DNA of 64,000 nt from Adineta vaga. Its lineage: Eukaryota; Animalia; Rotifera. The notes under the pieces were generated by a model. The model did no database searches and was not told where the DNA came from. It saw only the letters and a list, made by a program, of their open reading frames with translations. The translations under genes were made by a program, and so were the position numbers. Below, in pieces: positions 25,091-36,887 of the stretch; the stretch's first letter is position 1, and each line of letters begins with the position of its first letter. The stretch is from the NCBI GenBank assembly GCA_021613535.1, contig CP075493.1, positions 7,688,001 through 7,752,000 on the forward strand, given 5' to 3'.

Positions 25091-27223
25091 ATGTCTCATT
25101 TGGAAAGTAATAGTGAACGAAGTTTTCATACAAACACATCATCATTAATTCAACCAGCAGTTGTACCAAAATACTTCAATGTTCCGTTTGCTATACATCA
25201 TGGTTATTTCCGTTGTGTACGATATTTATTAGAACTTTCTCATGATTCAAATGAACGAGATAATCAATTACATACACCATTAATTTTATGTGCCTATATA
25301 GAAAATGATCGATGGAGTTTATCACTTGCTCAAAATTTAATAGAAAAAGAAGCAAAAATTGCATTAGCAGACAATGCTAGACGGAATGCGTAAGATTAAT
25401 TTGATTTGTTTTCTTTTTACAAGTCACTTATCTTTTATCTTTAGTATGCATCATGCTTGTGCTCTTCAGCGTATACATCTTGTTCAACTTTATTTATCTT
25501 GTTTAGAATTTGATATAGAAGCCAAAGATTGTGATGGAAATACTTATTTACACTATGCTGCTATCACTGGTAATTGAATATGAATGAATCTTTTGTTTCT
25601 TTTCGAAGTTTACAGGTATATTTTCGCACCATAATAGGAAATTGTGAAATAGCTGAATTACTTATGAGAATTGCAGATAAAATGAATGTACGTCTTGATC
25701 AATGTGTTAATCGAGAAGGTGATATTAGTTTTTGTTATGTTCCATAGAATTCTTTTTTTTGTCTCCTTTATTCAGGTTGTTCAGCAGCTGTTCTTGCACT
25801 CAGGTATGGTCATATTGAATGTGCTAATCAAATTACTCATCGTAATTGGGATGAATTTTTTGTCGTACCACGTCCACTTTCGGTCTATGAAAGTCCACCG
25901 ATAAATGATCGAAATCACAATCGAATCACAACTTTCACGCCAACAAAACAAATGAGTAAAACATCTCAAACAAACAAAATGAATAAGCGTCCTTCATCAT
26001 TATCATTTGGTCTATTAAAAATTCTTTTTAACGATAGTGATGCACCATATTCTACTCATTTAGCGAAACTTTGTAATCAAGGTAAACAAAATCATCATCG
26101 ACAGGCAAGACAAAAGAATCCAGAACTTTCATGTACATTGAAAAAACGCGAACAAAATAAATCAAATGTGACGAATGGAACACAACATTCAAGTGTAGAA
26201 ACAGTTATCACTGATACAAATCCGCGTAAAAAACGTCAAGAACGTAAATCATCGGCGGATGCAAAGGAAAAAGTAAGTCCAGATAAGACTGGACTACCTC
26301 CACGAAGACCATCATCAGTACATCAACATCGTAACAGTAGAGATACTCAATTTTCCATTGAAAGAGTCAAACATCCAATGAATGTACCAATAATTCATAT
26401 ACAAGATTTTGATGCATCTGCTAGTCGTTCTCAATCTATTACAATCATTCCTGTACCTAAACCTTCACGAGTGAATGTGAACACTGAACGTCCTAAAACT
26501 CCTCCTCTCACTCGTCATAAAACCTCGAACGATATTTCTGATGTTCAATATCCTGTTTACACGAGAAAAATACCACTGACATCAATTCATAAGAAAATGA
26601 AGAAAAAATCAACTACGAACAATCGTCCAAAATCAGCTGCATTTACTTTTAAACCTCAATATTCAAACATGACATTTGAATCATCAACATATTCGAAAAC
26701 TTTATATACTGGTCGCCCATTATCTGCAGTTTTACAAAATCATCACTGTCGTAGTCCAGTTCAGCACATAGTCGATCCTTCATGTTCAATTCGTGAAGTT
26801 ACTGGTGTAGCAGCAGCAAGTCGCTATAATAATCCCGTAGAACTATTCGGTATAAAACCTGAAGAACTTTTTGGTTCACCAGATAATACAGCGAAATCCA
26901 TCACTCATCATGATACACAATTAAAACGGTCAAATACTCAACAACAGTATATGTATCAACAAGAAATTGATAAATTTGCTGATCTATATGCTATACAACA
27001 TACGTTTAGTTATCGACCATCTGTTAAGCCACCAGTCAAACCACGTGGAAATACATCTGATTTAAAATCAAACGACAAAAATCGAAAAACGTCAACATCG
27101 AAAAATTCAATGAATAGTTCTCGAGCATCAACAACATTGAAACCATCAACATTAGCTATATTGAATATTAACCGGCGATTTTCGGAATATCGACGTCCAA
27201 CAGTCAAAACAGTTCATACATAA
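25091..27223 (+). CDS. Ankyrin-repeat protein with a long Ser/Thr/Lys-rich, probably disordered C-terminus
   Basis: ANK motifs TPLILCA, NAMHHACA, GNTYLHYAAITGN and AAVLALRYGHIECA span 4 exons joined by short introns and run into the 423-aa ORF at 25952-27223. Confidence 0.8.
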
Positions 27224-27574
27224 ACTTTTATTTTCTTTATGTTCGATAGTCTTTCAAAAATAAAATGTCATCAGTCGAAGTAAATACTTCATTTATATAT
27301 AATCAAACTTTTTTTCAATTTATTTGTTTCATAACATCAATCATTGAAGTCAAGGAGATCGGTCCGAGTATTTCAGTACTGAAAATTAAAGATAGATGCG
27401 TACAGTAATTAGACTACACTTTTTTTCTCCTTCTTATTTGACATTTTTTACTTGTATTTCGATTATATTAAAAACACTCGAAAATTTATGGATAAGAAAC
27501 AAAAAGATTTAGCTAAAAATAAGTCATTGGTTTGCTTAGTCAAAATGAGTCCATGAATCATTTAGTTTTTTTTG

Positions 27575-27676
27575 ACTCGACTAAATTGAAAATATTTCGA
27601 AAATAATTAAACTATCGAAATTTTTGAAGATTCGAGACGATTTTTTGAATTTATTATTTATAATGAAATAATGAAA
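27575..27676. repeat. Left arm of a 102-bp inverted repeat (partner 33472-33573)
   Basis: A hand alignment with the reverse complement of 33472-33573 gives 98/102 identity with no gaps. Confidence 0.92.
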
Positions 27677-28587
27677 CTAGTAACGCTCATCCTCTGGATT
27701 CGCTGACCCTTTTCTGAAAGAATGATAAGAGTGCTCAGTAAAGCCCTCAAGCTGGACCTGGACATAACTGAATCTCAGTCCGAGCAAACTTTTTACATAA
27801 AAGCTTTTTAAAAGTGTTTTTCATCTTTTCACCATTTCAAAGTATCATTAAATCATTTATTGAAAGAGAAAAGGGAAACCAAGTACTGTTTGTAAATATT
27901 CATGGATCTGATCGCTTGATACCTCTCAAAAATGTATTATCCATATTTATTTTCCTTTGTATAAGGCTCTTAAACGAACGTCTAATCGCTCGTGGTCTTT
28001 TTTCTATTACCCTTGCAATCATATGAGTGTTATGTGAGAGATTCGTTCATCATAGTAGATCAATTCATAACCGAAGACTTAGAAAACTTGCATGATTGCG
28101 TCGTTTACAATATAGGTTTCATTCTCCTTTTCACTTTCAGGAAACAGAACGTTGTCGGATGCGTTCTCGTAGATCATCAATTAAGTGCTTCCGAAGAAAC
28201 GCCCAAAGCACGTCAAAACCACTCAAATCCATATTCTGAAGTATCACTCTAAATCAACGTCTAGTCGTTCATCGGCCTCCCGCCGGTCGGCTAGCCATTA
28301 ACATGAACGCCTTCATTGTTTCGTCCACTTTTGATTCATTTCTAAAACGAATAAGTGAATTTCCTTTGGTCTTCTCTTCAAAAGGCACTGAGTTTGTAGT
28401 ACTATAAAGGGTTCTAGTTCATCGATCTCGATTACTCTTGGTCAATCATTTTCTGATGACCAGCGTCAGGTTTCTTTTGAGTTATAAAATGCTGCAATCT
28501 GATTGGCTTGGACAAACGCACAAACTTTTAGCATTTTATTGACCGTATTTTCTACGCTATAACCCTTTCTTTCAGAAAAGGGAAAAA
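27677..28587 (-). mobile_element. Non-autonomous Helentron/HINE (DINE-1-like) rolling-circle element
   Basis: It has a perfect 16-bp subterminal inverted repeat CCCTTTTCTGAAAGAA (27707-27722 / 28567-28582). The 5' end is a T-run plus a CCCTTT..AAAGGG hairpin. The 3' end has a small hairpin (ATCC-AGA-GGAT) followed by CTAG|T at 27680-27676. No convincing ORF. Confidence 0.55.
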
Positions 28588-28832
28588 CTACATATGTTAT
28601 ATTCATTCGATATTCGACTAGCGAATAGTAGTTTTCCTTCTATTGTTTTTCGATTTTTTTTCTTTCTGTTTCTTCGTGAATTTTCTCTTAAAAGGAGGAT
28701 CATTTCTACATAACTGTACACCGTAGAAATCTTCAGTTATAGATCAAGTAAGTTAACAATAGAAAAGATAAAATATGGACTGTTTTGTTTTTCATCATAT
28801 AGACTACGAACAAACAAACGAACAGTTCTAAT

Positions 28833-29163
28833 ATGACGGAAATGCACGTTGACGATGATGATGATGTTAAGATGACTGATCAAGTTTATGATGTGATGGG
28901 TGATGAATATCAGGATGTGAAGGTGGATGGAGAAGGTAAGGATGTAAAAATTCATGGTATAGATGATGATGTGGATGTTGTTGTTGGTCATCTGGTTAAT
29001 ATTCGTAGTAATCATCATGACGCTGGTCTTGATGAAAATGATGAAAGTTCTGATGATAATGATAAATCGAGAGAAGTAAGATTAATTCATTACAAATAAA
29101 TGATATAAAGATATGTTGATTTTTCAGCAAATTTCCAATGAAATTGCTAGAATAAAAGATGAG
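28833..29163 (+). CDS. Orphan Asp/Val-rich acidic protein (at least 2 exons; 3' end unresolved)
   Basis: An 81-codon exon (MTEMHVDDDDDVK...SRE) ends at GTAAGA (29076). A 52-nt intron leads to a 36-nt in-frame exon (QISNEIARIKDE) followed by GTACGT. Confidence 0.45.
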
Positions 29164-29852
29164 GTACGTATACGTATATATTTCACGATATCACACAATA
29201 GATATGCAACGAAAATCACTTAAAGAAGAAAGGCAAACACTAATAAATAAAGAAAGTTCTATATTTTATAATTTAAAATTCTTGAACGAAGATTTAAGTG
29301 AGTAATATCGTTGATATTGATGAAATCATCATATTTCTTAGTTTTAGATAAGAAAGAAAACATTTTATTGAAAAGAAAATGAAAATCGTCGAAATCGGCT
29401 TATTCAGTTAAAAGATGTTCATTTTTCTTCGCTCAAGTTACTGAAACGATGAATTTTCGTCGACATTGTCTTTTTTTAATTAATATCATTAACTTTTCAA
29501 TAAACTTAAACTGGTATTTATTATAAAGATATCATAGTATTGAAAGAATTACACAGACTGATTTTGATCAGCAGTCAGTGCTAGAAATGCAATCAAATAA
29601 TAGTATTTTCAAAACGATGAATTCAGTTGGAATAAAATTATATATATTCAAACTATCTATAAGTATAAAGAATTTGTCTTTGAAGTATTTATATCCGAAC
29701 CAAATGACCGATTATGCTCTTCTGTACTACCTCAGGATAAGCTTGAAGAATAATGTTCTTCTTCAGTGATATTTGAAGGTGCTCAATCCATTTATCATCT
29801 GTCGTTCTCTACAAGACAAAATCTGGTTCTTTATTTCAGTGTAATCAATACA

Positions 29853-30718
29853 TCAAAAAACAGATTGGTTTTGCAGAGAAGGAAAATAAAGATAAAAATC
29901 TTTTGAATGAACCAGTGGTATCCACATTATTAATCGCTTGATATTAACACAACTGCGTCTTGTTTCATCTCTTGCAAAATCTTCTGTTGCATTTCTTAAA
30001 TCGTTATGAACGACTTTTAATTGCGATAAATTTGGTACGTATGTTTTTTTTCACTAACAAATTGCTCAACATAACTCCCAGTTGCGCATAGTAAATCAAG
30101 TGATTGAAGACGAGGATATTCAGCAATTTTATATAATTGATTATTGCCAGTTGAAAACATATCATGATCAGCTAATGATTGTCGGATAGAATTTAGAATA
30201 CGAAAATTCTTTAGTAATGGAAAAGCACGACCAACACGAACGAAGAATTCATGATTGAACGGAACTATATCTTGCACCAACAAATATTCAACATGGCTGA
30301 ATATTATATTTGGAAATATATTACCAATGTCTTGTAACTGATCAAATATAAATGGAACAGTAAAAACGCAGCACGTCGTTGTTGTAAGATCAATTTGATT
30401 GACGATGCTAACTACGTGTTCTTGTCCTATATTTGTGAATGTTTGTTGAATATTATCACTTGATATATGTATTAAATCATCAGTTTTGTGGTAAGAACAA
30501 ATATAAAAAGTGAATGATTGTAGTTTTGGCATATGGACAAGTATTTCATCTTGAATATGAGTTCCATCAATGAATGTTTTTCGATCTTTTATAGGAAGAT
30601 ATAATATCAGTTTTTCCAGCAATGACATACGGCGAAGAAGTGGTACTATTTTATTATTATACGAACAAGTTGGAAGAAAAGTTTGTAATGAGAAACATTT
30701 CAAATTAGGTAAGTCATC
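29853..30718 (-). pseudogene. LRR protein (bdelloid F-box/LRR-type family), last exon with a frameshift
   Basis: After an acceptor, the frame reads DDLPNLKCFSL...MPKLQSFTFYI...PFNHEFFVRVGRAFPLLKNF. A one-base shift in the A8 run (~30044-30051) restores a family-like end, TYVPNLSQL...FARDETRRSCVNIKRL...YFPSL. No convincing upstream F-box exon was found. Confidence 0.65.
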
Positions 30719-31279
30719 CTAGAAAATCAAAATAAATATTGATATACTATTCATTTGATATTCTTTCCAATTTTCTTCGAAATACAACTAAAGCATATAT
30801 ATTGTCAGAAGGAATTACATTATCCAAAACATTATTTTATCTACTATTTATCAATCAAGATTATTAGTTTGATTTCTAGTCAGGATTCAAAGCATTGTCG
30901 TAGCCAGAAATTGCCTAAAATAAACGTCTGCTACGGAAGAAAGTTCTTAACTGTACGAGTAGATTTCCATTCTTGTAGTTTCATTTAATCTTTTTTATTT
31001 ATAACAAAGGTACTTGTATATCCAGATTATCTCACTCTTTTCTACGTTTTGAATGATCGTTCACTATCTCTACTACACTCTTGTGTTCAATCTGATCTAA
31101 CAAGCGCATACAATTGATAACAAGGTTTTCTATACTATAATTAGTATTATTTGTTAGAACTTACTGAATTATGATTGATTGTTGACAAATCATATACCGA
31201 GGAAAATTCGACAATCAAAGTTTGTAACTGTTTGAATCGACTCGGTCACAAATACTGCTGATAATGAAGAAATAAAGCC

Positions 31280-33470
31280 CACATTAGTATGGAATTTATC
31301 TAATCATAATTTAACTGAAGAAGAAAACCGTGTATTAGAAAAAGAATTGTCTTATAATCGTATTAGTCGAATTAATCGTCCAAAATTAATTGCAAATGTT
31401 AAGTATTTGTTCCATCATGTGTCTGGAGTTCAAAATGAATTAGTTGATTTTAGAAAGTGGGATGAAAATCCAGATATCACCGGAACTACAGAAGTATGTG
31501 TTTTAGAACCAAGAAAAATATAACTTGCAGCAGATTTAAAAGATGCTATAGAAAAGTTCTTTACTGATATAAAAACATCAAATAAAATTAGAAGGAATAA
31601 GAATGATAATGGTATTAGTGATAACGAAATATTATTGAAGATGTCTAAAGATCCATCAATTTTAGTTACTCGACCTGATAAAGGTCGTGGTGTTGTCATA
31701 CTTGATCGTAATAATCATGTTCAAAAATTAGAGGACATTTTAAATGACAACTCAAAATTCAAATTATTAGATGAAGATCCTACTATATCGCGGGAAAATA
31801 AATTAACCACTCTTTTACGAGAATTAAGAAAAGAAGAATATTTAACACAACAAGAATACAAATATATCAGACCTGTAGGTTCTATTCCAGCAAGATTATA
31901 TGGTTTACCAAAAATTCACAAGGAAAACGTGCCTCTTCGACCGATAGTATCTTGTATTCAATCGTATAACTATTGTCTCGGTAAATTTCTCGCCAACATC
32001 ATTAAAACAATACGCGAAAATCATTATTCATTAAAGAATAACAACGAATTCTTAAAATATTTACAAGAAAATAAACATTTAGCGAAAACTAACAAAATGA
32101 TTAGTTTTGATATTGAAAGTCTGTTTACGAATATTCCGGTTCAACAAACCATCGACATTGTCTGCGAGAAATTGTATTATAAAAATCCAAAATTAAGATC
32201 TTTTATACCAAAACATTATTTTCGTAAACTATTAGGCATTGCCACTACTGGTACTCATTTTCTTTTTAACAAGAAATACTACGATCAATGTGATGGAGTT
32301 TCGATGGGTACACCTTTAGCAGCAATTTTTGCTGAAATATTCATGGCAAACTTTGAAGAACTACATCTACCAACCTTACTAAACCACAACGATGTAAATG
32401 AAGAAGAAGTTCGACAACTATTAAACACGTTTCATCCATGCATTAAATTTACTTTTGAACCTAAAGTCGATGCTACAATACCATTTCTTGATGTACTAGT
32501 AAAACGAAACGACGACGGTTTTGATACAACAGTATACAGGAAAAAAACAACTACTCGATCGATGATCAAATGGGATAGTCTGGTACCAAAAAGTTATAAA
32601 AAAGCATCAGTTAATGCCTATGTTAATCGAGCTCTCCGGATATGTTCAACACCCGATCTATTAAATGAAGAGCTTCAATATATTCGTCTGATGACAAATT
32701 TCAATAATTATCCATCTCAATTCGTGGAAAAAATAATAACTCAACAAATGCATAAACACAAACAATCAAAAGAAGCAGACAATCGAATTCCACACCAATC
32801 CGACCAGAATAACACTTACAAATATATACAAATTCTCTATGTCGGCAAACCAAGTTACACTTTCTCAAAAAGACTCAAATCAATAATCAAACAAAATAAT
32901 CCAGCAACAGAACTTCGAGTAATTTACCAGCCAACAAATCCAACGAAACGGTTATTTCCGACCTGACTACACACCGAACTCAGCATTGGGTAAACATGTA
33001 AAAACAACTGGACATACAATTAATTTTCAAGATATAACAATACTGAATAGTGATTAACAATCACGTCGACTTTCAATAAAAGAGTCGATCGAAATAAGAT
33101 CCAAACATCCAGCACTCAATGGTACCGATACATATGTACCGCTGTATGTTTTTCCTGAAGGCTATCGAACATCTACTTAACACTTAAACTAAACTATTGA
33201 TACAACATAATAAATCTAGATATATTTCACTAGATACAAAATGAAATCGATACCTGGTAAGTGAATATTACTTCCTCGTCCTTTAAATAAATACAATTCT
33301 TTAAACCATTAAGATCGATACTACATTCAGTCAATTAATACGATAAAACCTATTCCATACTAATTATACAACAAATTAATATTTCTCATATTTAATCTTT
33401 GATTTCAAATAGGTATTATATATTTGCTGGTGGTGTATACTGATGATGACCAGTGATGGTCGAAAGCTTT
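31280..33470 (+). mobile_element. Penelope-like retroelement (RT plus GIY-YIG remnant), defective
   Basis: N-terminal motif VWNLSNHNLTEEENRVLEK. RT motifs PDKGRGVVILD, LYGLPKIHK..VPLRPIVS, SFDIESLFTNIP, DGVSMGTPLA, IPFLDV and VYRKKT. Endonuclease C-terminal remnant SALGKHVKTTGH...IKESIEI...PALN (32975-33180). It has in-frame stops (31521, 32964, 33055) and internal deletions. Confidence 0.92.
33257..33412 (+). other. Retained intron in the Penelope pLTR
   Basis: G|GTAAGT at 33257 and TTTCAAATAG| at 33412 lie downstream of the ORF and just upstream of the ribozyme. Intron retention is a known feature of Penelope-like elements. Confidence 0.55.
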
Positions 33471-33475
33471 ATTTC
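33431..33475 (+). ncRNA. Minimal type I hammerhead ribozyme motif
   Basis: Core CTGATGA (33440-33446), stem II GACCA-GTGA-TGGTC, GAAA (33462-33465), then a palindromic AGCT stem III. This is the minimal form typical of Penelope pLTRs. Stem I is only ~3 bp. Confidence 0.8.
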
Positions 33476-33573
33476 ATTATTTCATTATAAATAATAAATT
33501 CAAAAAATCGTCTCAAATCTTCAAAATTTTCGATAATTTAATTATTTTCGAAATATTTTCAATTTTGTCGAGT
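33472..33573. repeat. Right arm of the 102-bp inverted repeat (partner 27575-27676)
   Basis: 98/102 identical to the reverse complement of the left arm. Confidence 0.92.
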
Positions 33574-33741
33574 TATTTCAACAATAAACCTATTCAATTA
33601 AATTTCTCATAGTTTTTTTTGCATGACTACTAACTTACACAGAACTTGCTGTTGTTAACGACAAGCTTTTATTGAAAATACAATCATTTGAGGGAAAGTG
33701 TTTTACATTAAATTGTCTCTTTTGTTTTATCTATAAATGTT

Positions 33742-34371
33742 CTATTCAATTAATCCAAGTAAGATTGATAATGGTTGTTCTGTTATATAGGATGATTGTT
33801 GAATATTATATAGACGTTGATTCCATTTGCAAGTATGTTGATATTGTTTTACTTTCTTATTTGAAACAAATCGATCAATATTTTCTGGATAATCACATGT
33901 TTTTTTCATCACATCAATATGTCGTTGCCAATCTTGATCATATTGTTGTTTATCTATCATTTGTCCACGTACATGATTCAGTCGTTTCATTAAAAGTTGA
34001 TTTTCCGTATGAATACGTTGATATTCATTAACACGTTGTTGAAAACGTTTATTATTAAAAATATCTAAATTTTGTTTATGTTGATTATTTTTATTATCAA
34101 TCATTGCTTGATTATTCTTGTTAAATAATCGTTTTGATAATAGTTCATTTTCACGTTGAATTCGATTGTATTGAACTGTTTTATTTAATAAATTTTTCAC
34201 ACGTGAACGTTCAATTTCTTGAATATGTTCACGTGGTAAATGTGACAGATTTGAATGAAATGTTTGTTGACGAAGATTGGAAACATATTTCAAATATTCA
34301 CGTTCGTGAATTTCACGTATTTGCCGTTCATTACGTTTATGTTGAAGAACATCTCGGACAGCGAACGGCAT
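33742..34371 (-). CDS. CFAP97/Hemingway-domain cilia-associated protein (CFAP97D-like), single exon
   Basis: Duplicated motif RIQRENELLSKRL ... RIHTENQLLMKRL, followed by YDQDWQRH. Likely ATG at 34371. Confidence 0.7.
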   Translation of the reverse strand: MPFAVRDVLQHKRNERQIREIHEREYLKYVSNLRQQTFHSNLSHLPREHIQEIERSRVKNLLNKTVQYNRIQRENELLSKRLFNKNNQAMIDNKNNQHKQNLDIFNNKRFQQRVNEYQRIHTENQLLMKRLNHVRGQMIDKQQYDQDWQRHIDVMKKTCDYPENIDRFVSNKKVKQYQHTCKWNQRLYNIQQSSYITEQPLSILLGLIE

Positions 34372-34519
34372 TTTATTTCTTACAAATGTAATTAACAAAA
34401 AAAGAAGAAAAAGAAATAACAGAGAACAAAACTTCAGTTTGCATGTTCTTTAATACTTCTCGGCTAAGCATATTAACTTTCAAGAAAGCGAATATGTGCA
34501 AACAAACAAAAGGATTTAA

Positions 34520-35944
34520 TTACTGTTGAAGTTTTTTTTCATTTTCTTGGATATAGTTATTTAAATAACAACGTAAACGTCGAGCATAAAAATCCGTATA
34601 GACTGATGGAAGTTGTTTATCAAGCTCATTGAGAGATTTAGCTAGTTGACCAATAGCACGACTGAATGGAACAAGATCTTTATTACCATAGAGATCTTTT
34701 GGTTCATAAAAATCAATATTTAAATGACGCCAAAAGACATTCAAAGATACAGCATAAGAATCCAATGATTTGATATTATGAAACCATAATGCTGAAAAAC
34801 AAAATAAAAGAAGATTGATTCAAATATGATTCTACAAACCAGGAATAAATAGACAATCTCCAGGTTGTAAAGTGCCCGTATAATATGTTGCATGACGAAC
34901 AAGTGGATACGTCTCAAAATCAGGTTCTTCAATGTTATTCACTAATGATTTATCACCATCGATATACAGATAATCAAAATCACTCGGTTTAAACATAATC
35001 AATCGTTTTGAACCTTGAACTTGAATAAGAATATTATCCATTATATCATAATGTGTCCAAAGTTGAGTATTCGCCGAACCAATTCGTAAAACACTGGAGA
35101 AAAATTGTTCAGTTGAAAATAAAGGTGGATATTTTATATCATTAGCAATCGATGGAAAATGTTTCCTAGAATTATTTCATTAGAATAAAGTTACTTTAGC
35201 TTCATGTTTGTAGTATAAATCATAAATGATCTATCTCTTCCAGGCAATATATAAATTTGAATACTAATATGACTAATACTTTAGTAATTGCTATAGAAAC
35301 TATTAATCTTCTTCTTTAGATATTAATCCTTACTCTATATTCGCAATATCCGTTCGTTGATTATCTCCCAAAGCTCGAAAATAATAATGTTCATCGGGCG
35401 AAACAAAATATTCATCATTTGTTGTACGTTCACATCGTTTAATAAGTTTATTGAATGGTAAAGTTCTAAAACACATTGAAAATGATAACTGATCAAATAT
35501 CTATTCAAACATACTCATAAGTAAAATTCTTTCGAACAAAATCCATCATTGAATCTTGTGATACATGTATGCGTACTGGTTTTGAACCGATTTTATTGGC
35601 TAAATAATCACTTGTCCATTTTTCTTGACAGGGACCGATGTCATATTTATGTAAAATGAATGGATATCGCTTAAAATAAAAAGTAAACCAATTATTCTAT
35701 TTGAATCTAAAATGTTCGTCTGTTTTCTTCAAACAATTATCATCATAGACAAAATTGTTTACAATATCTTTGTAGATTTACAAATAATGAATTCTCTTTC
35801 TTGAAAACTTAATTATTATTCATAGAGATTTGTTTATCAATGTTAATCAAGCTTGAAAGATCGTATATATCTTATTACTTTATTCTCATCTTGTATAATA
35901 TCGATAGCTTCGTCGAGATTGTCTGTTTCATAGATAGTCGGCAT
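34520..35944 (-). CDS. TYW5: tRNA wybutosine-synthesizing protein 5 (JmjC hydroxylase)
   Basis: IGPCQEKWTSDYL; FSSVLRIGSANTQLWTHYDIMDNILIQVQGSKR; LQPGDCLFIP|ALWFHN; KDLYGNKD; DFYARR. The HxD...H iron ligands are intact. Confidence 0.92.
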
Positions 35945-36887
35945 CTACAATTAGTATGAATTGTTTTAATAAAATGAATTGACAAATCACATCAAATATT
36001 ATCCATCTTTGTTAATCGTTTTTTCATCAAATAGGGATTATTTATTACATATAAGGAAGTAAATAGATTGACAAATGTGACACGATTTTTCGTGAGACAA
36101 GAGAACGAAGAGAAAAAAAGAAAACAAAATTCGACAAACTAAAAGTGCATTGAGATAGTATAAGGAAAGAAATAACATTAACAACGAAGAAAAGAAAAGT
36201 GCAATAGCCAACAACCAAAAAATAGAAATGAACGATGTATATATGAATTAGCACCAACATTGAAAAATGTAGCACAAAAGAAGAGAAGTAAACAAACGAT
36301 GAAATGAAACAACTTATGCGAACAAAACTGTTCTTCCACAAAGAGAAAAGAGAGTATATTAATGTGTATGTCTAGAACTGTTCCACGAGAATGAAATCCT
36401 CCTCTATCACACACTTCTATTGTCTTTTATATATACATGAAAACGAAAAATCAATATACACAAACACAAATGTTTTATGTGGTCATAACAGGCCATTGTC
36501 TTTCTTAGTATGTTAATGTTAGATATAAAAAAAGAGAGAGAACGAAACGAATAGGGAAAATATTCTATTCAACAACATATAAAACAAGAAAATAAAAACA
36601 AATCATTGAAAGGAATGCAAACGATAGTTAATATATATATATATATTATTTGCATAGATTTAGTCTTATTTTTCTTCGTAGAAAGGGGTTAATATATAAG
36701 GAGAAAAAATAGAGAAAATTGAAAAGGAAAAGTGCACTCAATGATGATCAAAATGAAAATAAACGTGTTTAACATCGAAAACGTTGTTCTTGTTATTCCA
36801 AACCGAGAGAGGGAGAACAAAGAAGAAGGAGAAGAAGAAGAAAGACAAACGGCACTGTATAGGAAAGAACAAGAAAACGATTTTTGT

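Noticed and set aside
25611-25637. AG|GT site inside an ankyrin-gene intron
   Set aside because: Using it would frameshift or leave a 22-nt intron, and nothing supports a function.
28453-28475. CTGATGA resembling a second hammerhead core
   Set aside because: It has no stem II followed by GAAA.
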